Of a stretch of DNA of 64,000 nt, positions 36,801-52,200 are shown piece by piece. Position numbers and translations under genes: made by a program. This DNA comes from Phoronis australis (taxonomy: Eukaryota > Animalia > Phoronida): assembly GCA_002633005.1 (NCBI GenBank), contig NMRA01000099.1, forward strand, positions 381,086-445,085, written 5' to 3'. The first letter of the stretch is position 1, and every line of letters starts with the position of its first letter. The notes beneath the pieces were generated by a model. The model was not told the DNA's origin and did no database searches. It worked only from the letters and a program-made list of their open reading frames with translations.

Positions 36801-39800
36801 AGACCAAAATGGCAATAGAGGGCTCTGCACTGAATAAATCTACTCGAAAATGGACCAGTGCTGGTGGAATGTTGTCACTTAACTATGTGTCAAGTAACAT
36901 TGAAATACGCCCATTAGTTCTTTACGTCATAAACAAACAATATTCCTAAAAATACAGAAAAGCATTGCCCTCTGGGACTGGGAAAACTGAAAAGTCGCAT
37001 GCACCGCCTTAGCGATGCCCTTCACCCTTGTGCCAAACTTCAAAACATGACTAGGGGTTTTTGCGATATCGAGCAGACAACAGGACAGATGGACAAATTG
37101 GCCACTAGGATGTGCAGCAGTATCCACAACTGCCAGAAAATCGACTGTTACCAGTGCAATGCCGTGACACACCTATATGTCAATGAAATCTGCATCGATC
37201 CTCTAAATATCATCTAGAAACACTCTTCCCCTAAGAAGCAATGAAAAGCCCCACCTCTCTTACCCTGGGGAGTAAGGCATATTGAAAAGTGGCATGCATT
37301 GTTCCCGTGACGTCCTTCACATTAGTACCAAATCTCACCAAGATCCAACCAGGTGTTTTTGATATATCAAGTAGCCATCCGAACAGGTGACAATATGTGA
37401 GAGCGTAAAAACAAAACTACGCCACACAATAGCACACAGTCCACATGATTGCTGTCCGTTGAGAAAAAAATGTTGCTGCCAGATAAAAAGCCAAGTTAGT
37501 ATCATGAATAGCAAGAGAACTCCCACAGTTTGAAAACAGAAAACTCAAAGACAGCTGGTTTTTGCTGGCAGTGAGCGCACCCTATTGACAAACTCTGTAC
37601 TTACGCTGTTGATGACAGTGAAGGTATACAATCTCATCCATAAATAAACACTGAGCATAGTCCCAGAAAATGCTGAAAAAAAAACAGGTAACTATAGCAA
37701 CACAATATTTTAAAGATTAAGCAGTCAAATAAATGAATCAGATACTGTTTCTACACAGAATCCATAATGATTGACTTATTTATTTATCACTGATTTTAAT
37801 CTAAATTTTAGTTCAGGCTTATCCCGAACAAGAGGACTCGCATACTAAATTAACACAGACCTATAAACTTATTAACTGACTCACAAATTCATGCCAACAT
37901 TCACAGAACACTGCTTACACACCTAAAAACATATGGCTCACAAACCAAAAGCCACAAACTCATGGATGAGGAGTAAATGTTAGTAAAAAGAACGAGGGAT
38001 TTAAATCGGCTTGACAAAACTAACGACAAGCATTTAAAAATACTCTTGTGTTGGTTTTTATGCCAAGATTGCTCAACGAAAACTCAACAAATTGGTGAAT
38101 TACTATTGTGTTAACTTAGGTGTTGTATTAACGTTCAAATCTCTAAAACTGTCAAATTTATTTAACACTAAGGACAAAATTCCTATTGGGGTAGGGTCCA
38201 GTGTAGCATACAAATATTAATAATAGGATTAACAGCGATGTTAGACTGCATTCGGTGGATCAAGTTGGCCTTAACAAGCGCCGTGATATGACAGTCATGG
38301 CAGTCATTAAAGGTCTGACACAACAGAGTGTGTCAGAAGAGCCTCAGCAAGTCAAACTTAATACATGCCAACAATGGCGTCAAACAAGGAGAATGTCATA
38401 TATTTTCTACAGATAATATGAGTGGACAGTGGTCAGTTAATGCGGGAATTTTATGCAAGTGAACATCATAAAAATTAGCCTTTGACCTCTGTTTGTTATC
38501 TAGTTCTAAGATTCTTATCTTTCAAATCTTTGTTACTTAAGTAGAAGTGACAACTGCATAATCACATCAAAGAAATCAGTAGACTAAGCATAAACATGTC
38601 ATCACTGCAGTTTCTGGTGAAAACACTTGTTTCATCATGACAGGTCAGTGACACTGCTGCATGAAATATCAAACAAAGAAAACAATAACCTTTCATTGCT
38701 GACTGAAAGTCATTAGCCAGATTGTCTTTATTAGTCATTTTCTTAGTGACTGCTAAAAAGGACCCGAAAAGGGAATTAAAATTTCCTAGACCATTTATTT
38801 CATCTAACAGGCAGCATATATCAAATAGTATAATGTACATGAATTGTTATTTCATCTAACAGGCAGCATATATCAAATAGTATAATGTACATGAATTGTT
38901 CATAAATTAAAGATATTACCGGTAACATACAAGCCAAAAAGAAGGAAAATCCAAATGGTAAACAGCAGTTCGTGAAAACTGGACTGTGCAACATGGGTTG
39001 GTCCGTGTCAAATGCTACCATGAGCCAAGCTTTGAAACTGAAAGGCTTGAGATTTATTAGAGATATGTATACCTCTGATGGTGATCTTGTTAGTCTAAAC
39101 AATATGAAAAATAGGTTCGAGGTGAAAACCAACTTTGTAGAATATAATGGTGTTGTTTCTGTTCTAAAAAGGTTTCAAAAAAGTCTATTTCAAAGTAAAT
39201 TTAAAAGTGTTAATGTCTACTCTCCTTGCATGCCTTTAGCAATTACTCACTTACGGAAAGATTTGAAGGGTTGTAGACATATCTGTTCAGTCTTTAATAA
39301 CGTTAAGAAACCTAAGTCAGAGTCTAAATGGGAAATAGAGCTAGGAGATAGTTTAGATTGGAAGAAAATATATGCTTTACCTTACAAAATTACAAAGGAT
39401 CCCCATATTAGATGGTTCCAATTTAGAATACTACATAGAATTATTGCAACAAATACCTTTTTAGTCAAAATATGTGTTAGGGATTCTGATCTATGTTCCT
39501 TTTGTAATAAAGCTCCAGAGACGCTGTCACACCTTTTTTGGGAATGTAGCTTTGTACAAGATTTCTGGAAGGAATTCGAAAAGCTACTTCAAAAGTGTGG
39601 CATTCAGCTTCCCAACTGTCTGTCTTACGATATTGTTATTCTTGGACTTTACAAGACGCAAGATTTCCTATTTAACATTTTACTTCTACTAGCTAAACAG
39701 TACATTTACAAAGAGAGATGTCACAAAAATATACCTAATTTTCTCAAGTTCGTTACAAAAACTTATGAATACTATAATGCTGAAAAATTAAATGCACATA

Positions 39801-42800
39801 ACAACTTCGTACGTGACAGCTTCTCTGCAAAATGGGAAAAATTTATTGTTCATGTTAAGTTCATGTAGAAGATATTTACTTTAAACGAGATATGAGAATG
39901 GTCTTCCTGAGGTGTGCATGCGTGAATGAATGGTGTACTTATTTGTTTGTTTGTTTTTGTAATTGTTTTGTAAAGGATAATAAATACATAAAAAAAAAAT
40001 GCTACCATGAGCCAAGCTTTGAAACTGTGACAACGCTGCAGTTGGTGACAGGAAGTCAATCTGTGCATGCTCAAGTTCATGACGGTGCAAGCGCATACTG
40101 TAGGAGATGATACCTTATGACTTGACACTTGTCATTTTATGTCAAGAGGAGTAGCCAGTGCTTAAAAAATAATTGATGTGAGTAGGCCACTCAGGTAGCA
40201 TCATTGCACTGATAATCTTCAACCATTTTATGCTCTATTCTAGGCTTGCGCTAGACTTCTAAAGGTATTAGCCAAAATGTCTAAAGCATCTGAACTCTTT
40301 TAGCTGTTCTCAAAAATTATTTGGCAAACACTTTCTCCCTACCCCCGTGTTATGGGGGGGGGTACTGCGGGCCACAACAGGGCATGATGTCGATCTAAAA
40401 AAATTGGTGGATTTCCCCTATTCCCGGATTACGGCGTGGGTACACCAGCAAAATGGGCATTTCATTGATGTTGACCCAAAAATGGGCAGTGGTTGCCCTT
40501 TTCTCCGGGTTAGGCATTTCAATGATTTTGACGTAAAAAGTTGAGCAGGGATTCCCGTCCCCGGGTTACAGCGGGGATACACCAGCCTCGTAGGCATTAT
40601 GATGAGCAAGATATTTAAGTCCAAAACATTAACATAACCTTTGGCTTTCAAAATAAACCTAAATCGTGTAGAGTATATATAAAATTCACTAAGTAAAAAT
40701 TTGATATTTCCTTTACCTCGCTTTCATTTGGCTGCTGCAGAAATAGTCCTGACATTGTCACTTGCAGATGACAAGCGGCACCCTCCTACATATTTCATAA
40801 CAGTAAAAGAATGATTTCAGGGGGAGTGATGGACATGATATGGAACATTCGCTTACTATTTTTAGGACTCGGAATCAAAGTAAGAATGTCGCTTGTGGCG
40901 CGACTTGATTCGAGCTGACAGTAAGTCGACATACAAGGTTTCCCAAAATTGATTTTTATTGCAAAGTTGCAAGAGCATTCGCCAAGTTGGCGAATGGACA
41001 TAGTACTGCCATCGCAAGTGCCACACAGAAGTCGTCAATGGCAAACCGGCAAGCGACTAGTGCGAGCCTAGCTAGTAATATCAACTTGAAAACGAGCTGG
41101 GGACCTAGAGATCTAATTCAAAGGTCTATAGCAATGTGGCCCAGTGGAACTCAAACCCACGACTACGGTAAAAGAAGCGGACAACTATGCCACCAGACCA
41201 AACTGCCTCCTCTGGTCAACAAATGATACCATAATGGGAGCTTACATAAAGGTGTTGATCTGTTGCATGTCAACAATGATTTATTTACACCAAGTCAAGA
41301 GCATTTGCAGACATGTCAATCTGCCTGTGCTCACCAATCAGTTACAAAACCACAAACCTCTAGCCACCAAGGACAAGTTCAACTGCAGGTCACAATAAGT
41401 CACCACCCTTCAGCTGGCTATAGTTCAAACCACGATCTGTCTCGTGGTGAGAGAATTAAAACCTGATTTTACGCTCGCTGTTGGCGATAGCTGACCATAT
41501 GCATTACGAGAAGATCCGAAACAGACGAGACTCAACAAGCATAGAATCCAATTGTTATGAAGAAAAAGTTTCTGAATCAACCTGAAGACTGTCGGGTGGT
41601 AAGTTGTAGAGACAGAACACATGCCATTAGAACACCAACAACACGGGGAAATTTTACCAAAAGTCGTAGCACAGACAGTCGTAGCAAAGACAGTCGTAGC
41701 AAAGACAGTCGTAGCAAAGACAGTCGTAGCAAAGACAGTCACAGACACGTTATTTTAAACACAATTTCAAGAGGAGCAAAAAAAATTCAACTGATGTAAA
41801 GTCGATTATTCATAATATTTAAGCTTAACGACTGCTCTCACACACTACCTTGATGAACTCTTTCAAAATCAAAGCGACGACCGTCCTAGCCAAGAACAGA
41901 CTAATAACCTTTGATAAGGCCTGCTACCAAATTATTCAGACTTACAGCTAAAAGAAGCTCAATTAAGCTTTGTAGCATAATTTTCATCAGCTGACCATTG
42001 TAAAAAGTCTAGTCTATGAACAACCAACTAGCAGTTTAATGTATGTGGCTTGAAAAAAAAACAAGATACATAAAAAACATTAGCACAAGACCAATGCTTG
42101 AGACCACCAACCTCTTAACCATCAACTTGTTAATAGGTATAGATAGATTTCAGCTTCTGAAAGGCCGTAACCAGTTAGTACCAAAATCAGCAACACACAT
42201 GCAACCATACCGAAATAGCCACCACCTTAGAGTACGGGTGCTACATAAAAGCAACATGCGTTTAACTGCCGGCCTAGAATGACAGCAGACTACTTACTTG
42301 TGGTGCTTTTTAGTTAAAAATGGGCGGTATTTTTGCCTGGGAGAGGAAATGGCATCAAACCACACGCTGAAACACAAGTGGGTGTTACAACATCTAGAGT
42401 GCACAACATGGAGACACAAGTTATGGTGCGAGACACGTGCAACGGTACATGACATGCACTTGGTGGCTTGGAGAGACTAAACCTTCACAAAGCATGTCAC
42501 CGAATTCATCACTTGGGAGTCTGCAATATGACCATTGCCACGCACGGGCACGTAGGTGAGAGCTAATACAACCACAAGAATGGTCACCAAGGTCAATGCC
42601 ACACTATGGAAACCTGTATATCACGGCTATAGCACCACCTCTTGTTCATTAAGGAAACTGAGTGCACCTCAATCCAAACCCAACAAAAATTGCATAAATT
42701 GTTCAGTTTTTAGTTGTAATGCATAAGCAATAATTTTGTTGAAAATAATAATTACAATCAAGATAAGCTAATTCAACATAAGCTTTCAATTTAATTCTTC

Positions 42801-45800
42801 GTTTTAAGAATTATTCGTCTCTCGTACTGAGACTTTCTTCACTAGAAAAATTGTTATAGATTAGAGACTTTACAGTGATGACACTGTATTGCTTGGTTCC
42901 AAAATCATTAATGTCATTAGTGGCAATTAAACCCATGTAATTTACATTTCTGATTTTCGTTTTTAGCCAGCTAAATAGAGCAAAATGCAAAGTAAACACA
43001 TATATCTGACATCAATAGGTAATACATGAACAGAGACCACCAGCACTGTATAATATATTTAATAAAACTAAAAGGACACCCAGCTGGGGGTTGTGATATA
43101 ATACTGTTATTACGTAATCTCAGACTCTCTCCAAAACAGACAGATTACTGATGAAATTAGTGCCTGAAAAACCATTAAGGATATGGCCTTAATTTGAAAT
43201 ACTGATTAAATTACTCACTTCATGAATGTGGGCATGGCCAGAAAGACTTTGAAACAAATGATAACTTTGTTGTTTAAAAGTTCAGTGAGCAGAAGGGCAT
43301 AACTTTGCAACACACAGCATGCCATGTGTGCATAAAAATCAGGTATTGCGCGTAGATTACACAACAAAATAAACCCGTACACATCGATTGAGGACATGAA
43401 TAATCTGAAAGTTTGTCCACGCATTCACGCAATGTTTACACACTGATGGCATAAATTTATGACCAAGCGCTAATTCCCCATTTTCTGATTATTATAAATT
43501 TTTTCTGCTGAGACTCCATAGAGCTTTATGTGAAGCCAGTGCCATCCCTATTTTCGACTACACTAGTGCGCCCGAGCTAAGCATGCCCCAGTCGACCATG
43601 AGCCCATGTATTGAAGGGAACATGCATTTCTTTCAATCAGAATCAAGAAAATCTCACTTATTAGAATTAGTTAGTCAAACGTTTGCTCCAATGTCTCAAT
43701 AATTTTGACGAGAATGAAAGTCTACTAAGTCCCGTGCAAATTGATTTTGTCTCTTTCAAAACAGGTGTTACCTGGTTACACCACAATTAGGTTGATAGGA
43801 ATTCATATAAGACTGACGATAAATGACAATGAGGCTGACGATAAATGACAATGAGGCTGACGATAAATGACGATGAGGCTGACGATAAATGATGATGAGG
43901 CTGACGATTAATGACGATGAGGCTGACGATAAATGATGATGAGGCTGACGATAAATGACGATGAGGCTGACAATAAATGACGATGACGTTGACGATAAAT
44001 GACGATGAAGCTGACGATAAATGACGATGAGGCTGACGATAAATGACGATGAGGCTGACGCTAAATGACGATGAGGCTGAGGATAAATGACGATGAGGCT
44101 GACAGTAAATGACGATGAGGCTGACGCTAAATGTTGATGAGGTTGACGGTAAATGACGATGAGGCTGACAATAAATGACGATGAGGCTGACGATAAATGA
44201 TGATGAGGCTGAAGATAAATGATAAGGCTGATGATAAATGATGATGAGGCTGAAGATAAATGATAAGGCTGATGATAAATGATGATGAGGCTGAAGATAA
44301 ATGATAAGGCTGATGATAAATGATGATAAGATTCAATGACCATTATTCATAGCATCATTCACTGAGAATCTCTATTGATAATTGCCAAGTAATCAGAAAT
44401 TGTGTATTTAAATTATCATGATTGATGATAAACCTCGCACAAGAAATTATATCAACCATTAAATATGAATTGTTATCAACCATTTATATCATGTCATTCA
44501 TGTAAATTGATAGACAGTCGACATGAATTCAAATAAAAATCTTTCATGATCAATTATGATCAACCAAAGTTTCTTGTAGTTTTGGGCATGATATCAGAAT
44601 GGACAGCTGACAATTAGTATTCACATAATAAAAATTCTGTGGACAGCTGACAATTCAATTTTCTGCAATGTCACATCTTGTAACTATTAGTCACTCAGGA
44701 GTGGTGTATACATCAGAGAGGATTATAACGCCTGAATAGACCCAAGTGAAGGATGGCATTTTGGAAGCTACGGTTTTGTACTGTTTGGGACTCTTCTACA
44801 GAAAACAAGAAAATCTTAATTTATTTTGTACGTCAATTATTTCACAGATTTAAAACAAATTTCAAGAAAATCTTATTCTATTATTAATTGGCTTTGCACT
44901 GTGTAGACGTCAAAAAACAATAGGAGATAAAAGTTCTCATTGTCTGTAGCAAGATAATCAGGCTTTGTAAACTTGAAAAATTTATATTTGTGCGAAATAA
45001 GTGAGAATTAGCATAATGTCAAATTCATGAATACTGCTGTGATAAACAATGATTAGAATCCTTCATATTGGGTTATGAAATTGTATAATTTTCCAAAACA
45101 GATAGAGGTCAAGCTTATACCTTTGAACCAAGTGAAATTACTTGGACATTAAAAAGTATTGTAACAGAGTCTAAGATTACGGAAACAAAAGAAAATAAGC
45201 CCCACCCCCTATGGAAATGACATGCTTTTTTGAACTACAATTCGATTGTCCCACATTAAAATAACTTTCCCGAAGAAAGGTTATGTTTACGAACCTTTTA
45301 ATTCACAAAGCAGTCTTTAAACGAGCTCCAAACTTAGCAGTGGAGTAGCATCCAAAAACATCAATTTAAATAAAATAAAAGATTTTGCGACACAAACAAA
45401 ATGAATGTCACAGCTGTGATAACTAAGTTTTACAGAACTCTTTAAAATTAACTGACACAATTAACAGCAACACAGCTGTGAGGAAATTTAAAAACACTCA
45501 AGCGCAACAGCACACCTCACCGATGAATGGACTTCACCTATTGATCTGTTTTCACTCACCGATTAATACATCCCACAATGCACCCTATACAAGTAGTTCC
45601 CACTTCTAAGAAACCGTAAAACAACAAATAAGTATCTCATGGCAAAATAAACGTGTGTTGAGATGCAAACGATTGTTTACCTTCTGTCCACAGACTCTTT
45701 GTGAGAGTCCTCTATGCTGCCATTCATTAACTGGTTTGGCGTCCATTTGAGTATGAGGCCCTCTATTGTCTGGTGGAGAGACAAGTAACCAGGCAGGGAC

Positions 45801-48800
45801 TCCATATCTTCTTTCTGTAAAATGCCATAAATATTGACAAAAGACTACGGCAGAGGTGGAGCCAGAATTTCAAAAATGAGTGCTCAAATATTTTTGTAAA
45901 GATGTGATACATTGTTGTTGTTCGTTCATACAACCAAAAGTATATCACTAGGACAAGACAAGGACGTAATTTAAAATTAATAATTGATAATACAATATTA
46001 ATATACGAGACAGCTTTTATAATACAGGTGGTAAAGACTTTCCGTCTGCATTGCTGACAATCCAAATATGGAAGATCGACAGCATAATGCAGCAGCAAGG
46101 CAATACACTCTCATAAGTGAGGCTTCTGCTTGAAGCCTGTTTGACAGCAGACAACGAGCAGAGCACTAAATATAGTTACATCCCTGTTGTTACTCTTGTC
46201 TCGAGCGTGTGAAAATGAGATTGTGGAGCAAAGGCCATCACGACCACCAGTGAAGCTATTGGTTACTAAACACTAACAGGCAAATGTTTTGAATAAGTAA
46301 TATTTTGGTCAGGCGAGCTCCAAACGCTGTGAGCAAAGAGTAGATTCAATCATAATCAGTAAACCAACCCTTAATAAGGAATGGAAGTCCGAAATGCACA
46401 TCAAATATTAAACCTGCTCACATCGAAATTGTGGTCACATTAAGAACTTTTATCTACAGAAATAATATGGCAAATATAACTGCTTGGAAATCAAGCCCTT
46501 CGAAAGAATTTAATTAATTCATAGATTTGATCTACTATTCGATTGTCAGTCCGCCATTTGCATTTTTCATCTAGCTGTAAACTCCTGAACTACTAGCATT
46601 CACATGGCTCATTAGCTGGAATTCGGTTTACTACTAATTATAACAGGTCAAAATCAGAGAAAACAAAATGACAGACAATTTGAATCGTCATTGCTGGAGA
46701 AAGGTAAAAAGAGGCAAACTATAACTGATTTAAACCATTTATGGTTCCTTAAATATCCTAAGGGCTAGAATACATAACGAGCACTTCCCCCATTCTTCTG
46801 ATTTATGTCCATTTCACAAACTTGCAAAAAAATTTTGACAGCCCTTCAAGTCTGTTTGAGCTAAGTTTTGGCTAATTCAACCACACAGAAGTTGTCGTAG
46901 ATACGCACACAATCTGTTGAAAAAGGGAAGCTTTCATCATTTCAAATTTCTTAACAAAAATTAATACAAATAAATACCAAGGAATCACCAAGTAGATAAG
47001 TCTTTCTATTGCTATCTGGTTGTACGCATGACATTTTAGTTTCCTGATGAATTATGACTTCATCTGTCTTATACATGTGTCTTCATGTCTCGTGTGTATA
47101 GCCCAATCAATCAATCAATCAAGTTCTGCTTTACTGTAATCACGGTTGGAAATAGAAAACCATCATCAAAGAAAAATTAGTAAAATCCAACAATCTAATC
47201 TTTCTCCTCAAAATCAAACTCAAAATTATTTTTCGGCACTGTTGTACAACCTCGAGATAGGTGTTTATTATTCTGGGGTCGGGTACATTGTGATTTATGC
47301 AAATGAGTTCACAATCCACGTCTGCATCGTATGAGCTCTAGATTCGACCTAAAAACACGAGTAAAAACTAGAGATTTTGAACAAAAACTTGAATTTCAAG
47401 TTCAGACTCAATGTTTTAGTTCTGATGACAGGGTCATCAAGTGCAAGCTAGGTTAAGACAGTAATCCACGTAAGTTATAATTTACTCAAGCTTAGAATAA
47501 TAGACAATCATCTTGAGTTCACACAAAAGTAGAACAGAAAATGGCAATAATAACTGATTTTAACCTCAAGTAAGATATTAGACCTGGACTTAGAGCACAT
47601 ATAGCAATGACGAAAGCATTTGAGGAATATTAATTTTTGTAATTACTTCTGTCCAAAATTGAAGAACCTTTACCTTTTTGTCTTTGTACTAACGTTTACA
47701 ACAATTAATTTGTAATGTTTGGATAAATGCCTAGTGCATTAACTAAACTAATAAACTCAAAAAAATCAGGGTGCGCACATTAACTTATTAGAGTATAATG
47801 GAAACGTAGGAGTTTAAACATGCTTGACAACAGCCTGAGTACAATGGAAACAAGGGAATTCATATGTTAAACTTGAGACAAACACGAGTATAAATGAAAC
47901 ATAACAGTTCAATATGTGAAACTTGAGAATAACCAGAGTACAAAAGTAAAATGGGAACATAAATGTGAAACTTGAGAATCCAGGGATGAACTAAGCCAAC
48001 AGTGGTCCGTTATCAATTCGAGTAAACGGAAGAGGCAATCAGGAAAGTGTTAAAATCTCACCGGTTGAACGTGAACATTGTTCTTGCCATACAGCAGTGT
48101 CTGCTTGGAGTTCTGGTGCAGAGATTCTACGTAGTCCTTGGCGGAGTTGGGCATGCTGCGCTGACTCTCGTCACTACTAGAGCTGTTGTTGCTGCGACGC
48201 TGGAATACCTAAAAGGTCAAGGTCACAGGTTTTCTAGAACATATGGCTTTCACTGGAGTCTCGTTGAGAAAGCCAACACATACCTTGAATATATCAGAAC
48301 TTTTATCTATGATTGTGAGTGTGTGTGTGTGTGCATGTGTGCGTGTCTGTGTGTGCAAGTAAACTTCTTCAAAAACAAATGCAAAATCAAAAAGAAACAC
48401 TTGCAATTGAAAAACCTGTCCCAACATACTAGCTCTACTACTTGAGTCCCGTGTGATGCGAGTAATCATAAACATTTAGTAGCTCATAGCTCTCAGGGCT
48501 GATGTTTATTTGCTACGATTGAATACTTTTTCAAGCAGAGCCATTTATTTCTTAAGCCAACACTAGTGTGTGTTATCCGTGTTATCCGGTCAAGATTATC
48601 TCCAAATGTGGTATGTTCTGAAGAAAAAAAGATGACATTATGTAGGGATATAGGGGATTATCTCCAAATATGTAATGTTCCGGAGAAAAAAGCATGACAT
48701 TATCTTGTAGTATTGGGGATCAAAAGAAATGCCAAGCAACAACTGCTTTTGACAACTGTGATTCATTTCTTCTGTTTCTCTTTTTCGTAAGCTGCTTTTT

Positions 48801-49197
48801 TGAGCAGACTCATGAAATGTTGTTGATTTCCACAACATGTTGTTTGGCACTAGGTCAGTCGACTCATGTGCAAGACGGTCTCGCTACCTGGTGACTGCAA
48901 ATACGCCGCTTTAAATTCTTTCATATTCATTGCCATGCTAGACAAGTGTATGATATCAGGAAGAGATAACCAGGAAGGGACAACTAGCTAAACCGCCGTT
49001 TTTGGCCTCCTTCCCCGGACTAATTTTAGGACTTAAAAGTTTCGTTTAAAAGGAAACAGATGATTTCATCAGAGAGATTAAAGCTTTTTCTATAGAAGGA
49101 TATCAAAAAACTCAGTTTGCAACCTTAAACAGTGGTGTAATTGTACTTTGAAAATATCGACTTCAGCGCACGCAATCGCAATTTCCCACACGCAGTN

Positions 49198-49275
<78 letters not shown>

Positions 49276-52200
49276 TGTCTGTGTGTGCAAGTAAACTTCT
49301 TCAAAAACAAATGCAAAATCAAAAAGAAACACTTGCAACTGAAACACGTGTCCCAACATACTAGCTCTACTACTTGAGTCCCGTGTGATGCGAGTAATCA
49401 TAAACATTTAGTAGCTCATAGCTCTCAGGGCTGATGTTTATTTGCTACGATTGAATACTTTCTCAAGCAGAGCCATTTATTTCTTAAGCCAACACTAGTG
49501 TGTGTTATCCGTGTTATCCGGTCAAGATTATCTCTAAATGTGGTATCTTCTGAAGAAAAAAAGATGACATTATGTCGGGATATAGGGGATTATCTCCAAA
49601 TATGTAATGTTCCGGAGAAAAAAGCATGACATTATCTTGTAGTATTGGGGATCAAAAGAAATGCCAAGCAACAACTGCTTTTGACAACTGCGATTCATTT
49701 CTTCTGTTTCTCTGTTTCGTAAACTGCTTTTTGCAAGCTATTTTTTAGCAAACTCATGTTGTTGATTTCCACAACACGTTTGGCACTTCTAGGTCAGTCG
49801 ACTCATGAGCAAGACGGTCTCGCCCCCTGGTGACTGCAAATACGGCTTTAAATTCTTTCATATTCATTGCCATGCTAGACAAGTGTAAAATATTAACCTA
49901 CTTTTGACAAATGCTCAATTTCACAACATGACATATATGACTTTAATTACATAAAGATGACCTTAACCACTACAAGGTGGCTTTGATAATATTGGAGGCG
50001 TGATACAAACTACCTGTAGTCCCGGTCGTCGTGGCGACCCCGGGCTGCTGCACACAAAGTGTGGCGACACGCTGCTGCTGTGAATGCGGTGTCTCTGCAC
50101 CAGCTCGTCGGCAGGGGGGTCTGTCCACAGGTGGTCAACGGTCTTCATTTTTGTGAAGTCAAGTGCACAAGGACCAACTATGACAGAGGAGAAATTTGAG
50201 ACTTTGACGAAACCTTTCACTTCCTTCAGAAACAAGAAAAATTTTCAGGGGACAGCAGGTAAACTACAATCAATCAATATTTTGCACAAAGTTAATTATT
50301 TTTCAAATGAAGTGCTGTCTTCACATTTTGTATTCAACTGTATTGTTTCATTATGAGAACACGAAAAGCAGAGTATTTTTTCAACATCTTCTAAATGGTT
50401 ATCTATGACTGCATGAAAATATGGTTTTGGCCCCAACACCGTCTAAAATACAGCCCATTGTATTCCTAAAACTAATTTGCCCAAAACATTCTAAACAGCA
50501 CCAGCATAGTAATCAACTTGCACAAAAAATTCATATAAGCCTTGAATAAACATTACACATTAAGTAAGTTGTTCATCTTTAATGAATATTAATCCAACTT
50601 TACTGCAAAATGCAAGGCCACTCAGGCCAGGGATTATTTTTGCAATTATTAAACAAAAGCATGCTTCTATTCAACGTTGAAACAGGCAATGAATGTTTTC
50701 ACTTGTCAAATTGATAAAGTTGACAATATAAAAGTTTTACAATATCTTTTAATAATTACTAATAACATTAGACAAAATCCTAAGCATGACAAGTCGCAGT
50801 GCAGAGACCCTATGAAAATGACAGTGTGAGCGAGTATTTCGTCGAAAAGTAAGAAATTTCATTGTAACCCCCAATCAGCCTTTACTTTCCACAAGCCCAG
50901 GTAACATACCTAGAAGTGAAGCCAGTATGGGTCCACAGCAGGGGTCTGACACCAGGGAGTCCTTCTCGTAGTATTTGCTGTGATGGAAAGACACAGGGGT
51001 CAACTCGTGATAAACAGTGGCAGCTGTTCTTTAAAGCATCACATGAATATAGTACAAAATACAGCGCACAATCTGCAAAGCAACCTGAGATTGTGTTTGG
51101 TGACCTGGAAAAATTCCAAGTCACCACAAAGTCACCACTGGTCGACGAACTGTTACCGACGCCCGGATAAGAAATGTGTGAATTGATTTAGCCGCCCGCC
51201 CTAGATTTTCAGTTTTGGCAACCTCAGATTTCGTTTGGTGACCTGGGATTTTAGCCAGGTCACCATTATGCAACTTGGCTAAGTGTCGAGCTCTGTAAAA
51301 ATAATAACAATAATAATAATACTATTGTATAGTACATAATAATGATAAAATAAAAAATGATCTGTAAAATTCATATAATAGTATTTGATACCAAAATAGT
51401 TTAGTAGTAATTCCTAATCATACAGTTTTAACAATATTTACAGACAGGTACTAACAGTAAAATATAAGTGTAACTACAAAATTGCCTATAAAGAACGTCT
51501 TCCATTACAGTCATTTCCTCAAGTTAACTCGCCATTTACACTTCAGAGACTGAAAGTTCATAAGCACCTAATCACGTCAGTAAGTGCTAAACTAATGCCT
51601 ATAATGACTATAGCGGGTACTTGTGTCGTGACTGAAAAACAATGTAATCACAGCATTTTGCAAAAACAAATGTGAAACGGACGACATACAGCTAAAATAC
51701 ATAAGGAATATCATGATACCGACTGTGAGAGTAAAAGGCGTAATTTTATTGCTGTTTTTAGCCAGCTAAACAGGGCAAAATGATGCTTCAATATATTCAG
51801 AACAGCAATTTCAGAATTCTGCACCTTGTCTGACTTTTTGAAGTTAATCACTTACTGAAAGATCACAAATTAAAAAATAATAAAATAATGGTTCATAATT
51901 TTGTCTTTATCTGATAATTTAATTTCGCTTTCTCACAAGGCTCAAAGTAATTTAGGAGAAAATTATAAAACAGCAAACTGACACATGAATCAAGTTTTAA
52001 TAAAACAAAACAAAGACTGACAGACAAATTTAAAGAACCATTTTTGCATCATTCCAGTGAACCAATGCCTTCTAGTTTTCTTCAGCACGACATTTGCTGC
52101 CAGAGTCGCCTGTAGAACCTATCAAGTGGTGGAAGCAGTCTCACTGGGGTTTAAATGGTAGTCTCAATGGAAAGAAGATTTTGCAGGAACAAATGTCAAT

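Noticed and set aside
38972-39040. N-terminus of the 298-aa ORF as a host gene or fusion
   Set aside because: Host flank and TSD in frame by chance with the truncated LINE ORF2, starting at GTG.
40760-42650. Possible decayed LTR-retrotransposon gag/integrase remnant
   Set aside because: Only vague resemblance in short broken frames; no catalytic motif or LTR pair found.
43768-44343. 191-aa repetitive hydrophobic ORF
   Set aside because: Translation of the 22-bp minisatellite, cycling through frames.
45521-45537. Possible SGSM micro-exon (tag|17 nt|gtgagg)
   Set aside because: It is not a multiple of three, and the flanking exons already join in phase.
49090-49407. His/Thr- or Cys/Val-repeat ORFs
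   Set aside because: Translations of the (TG)n microsatellite.
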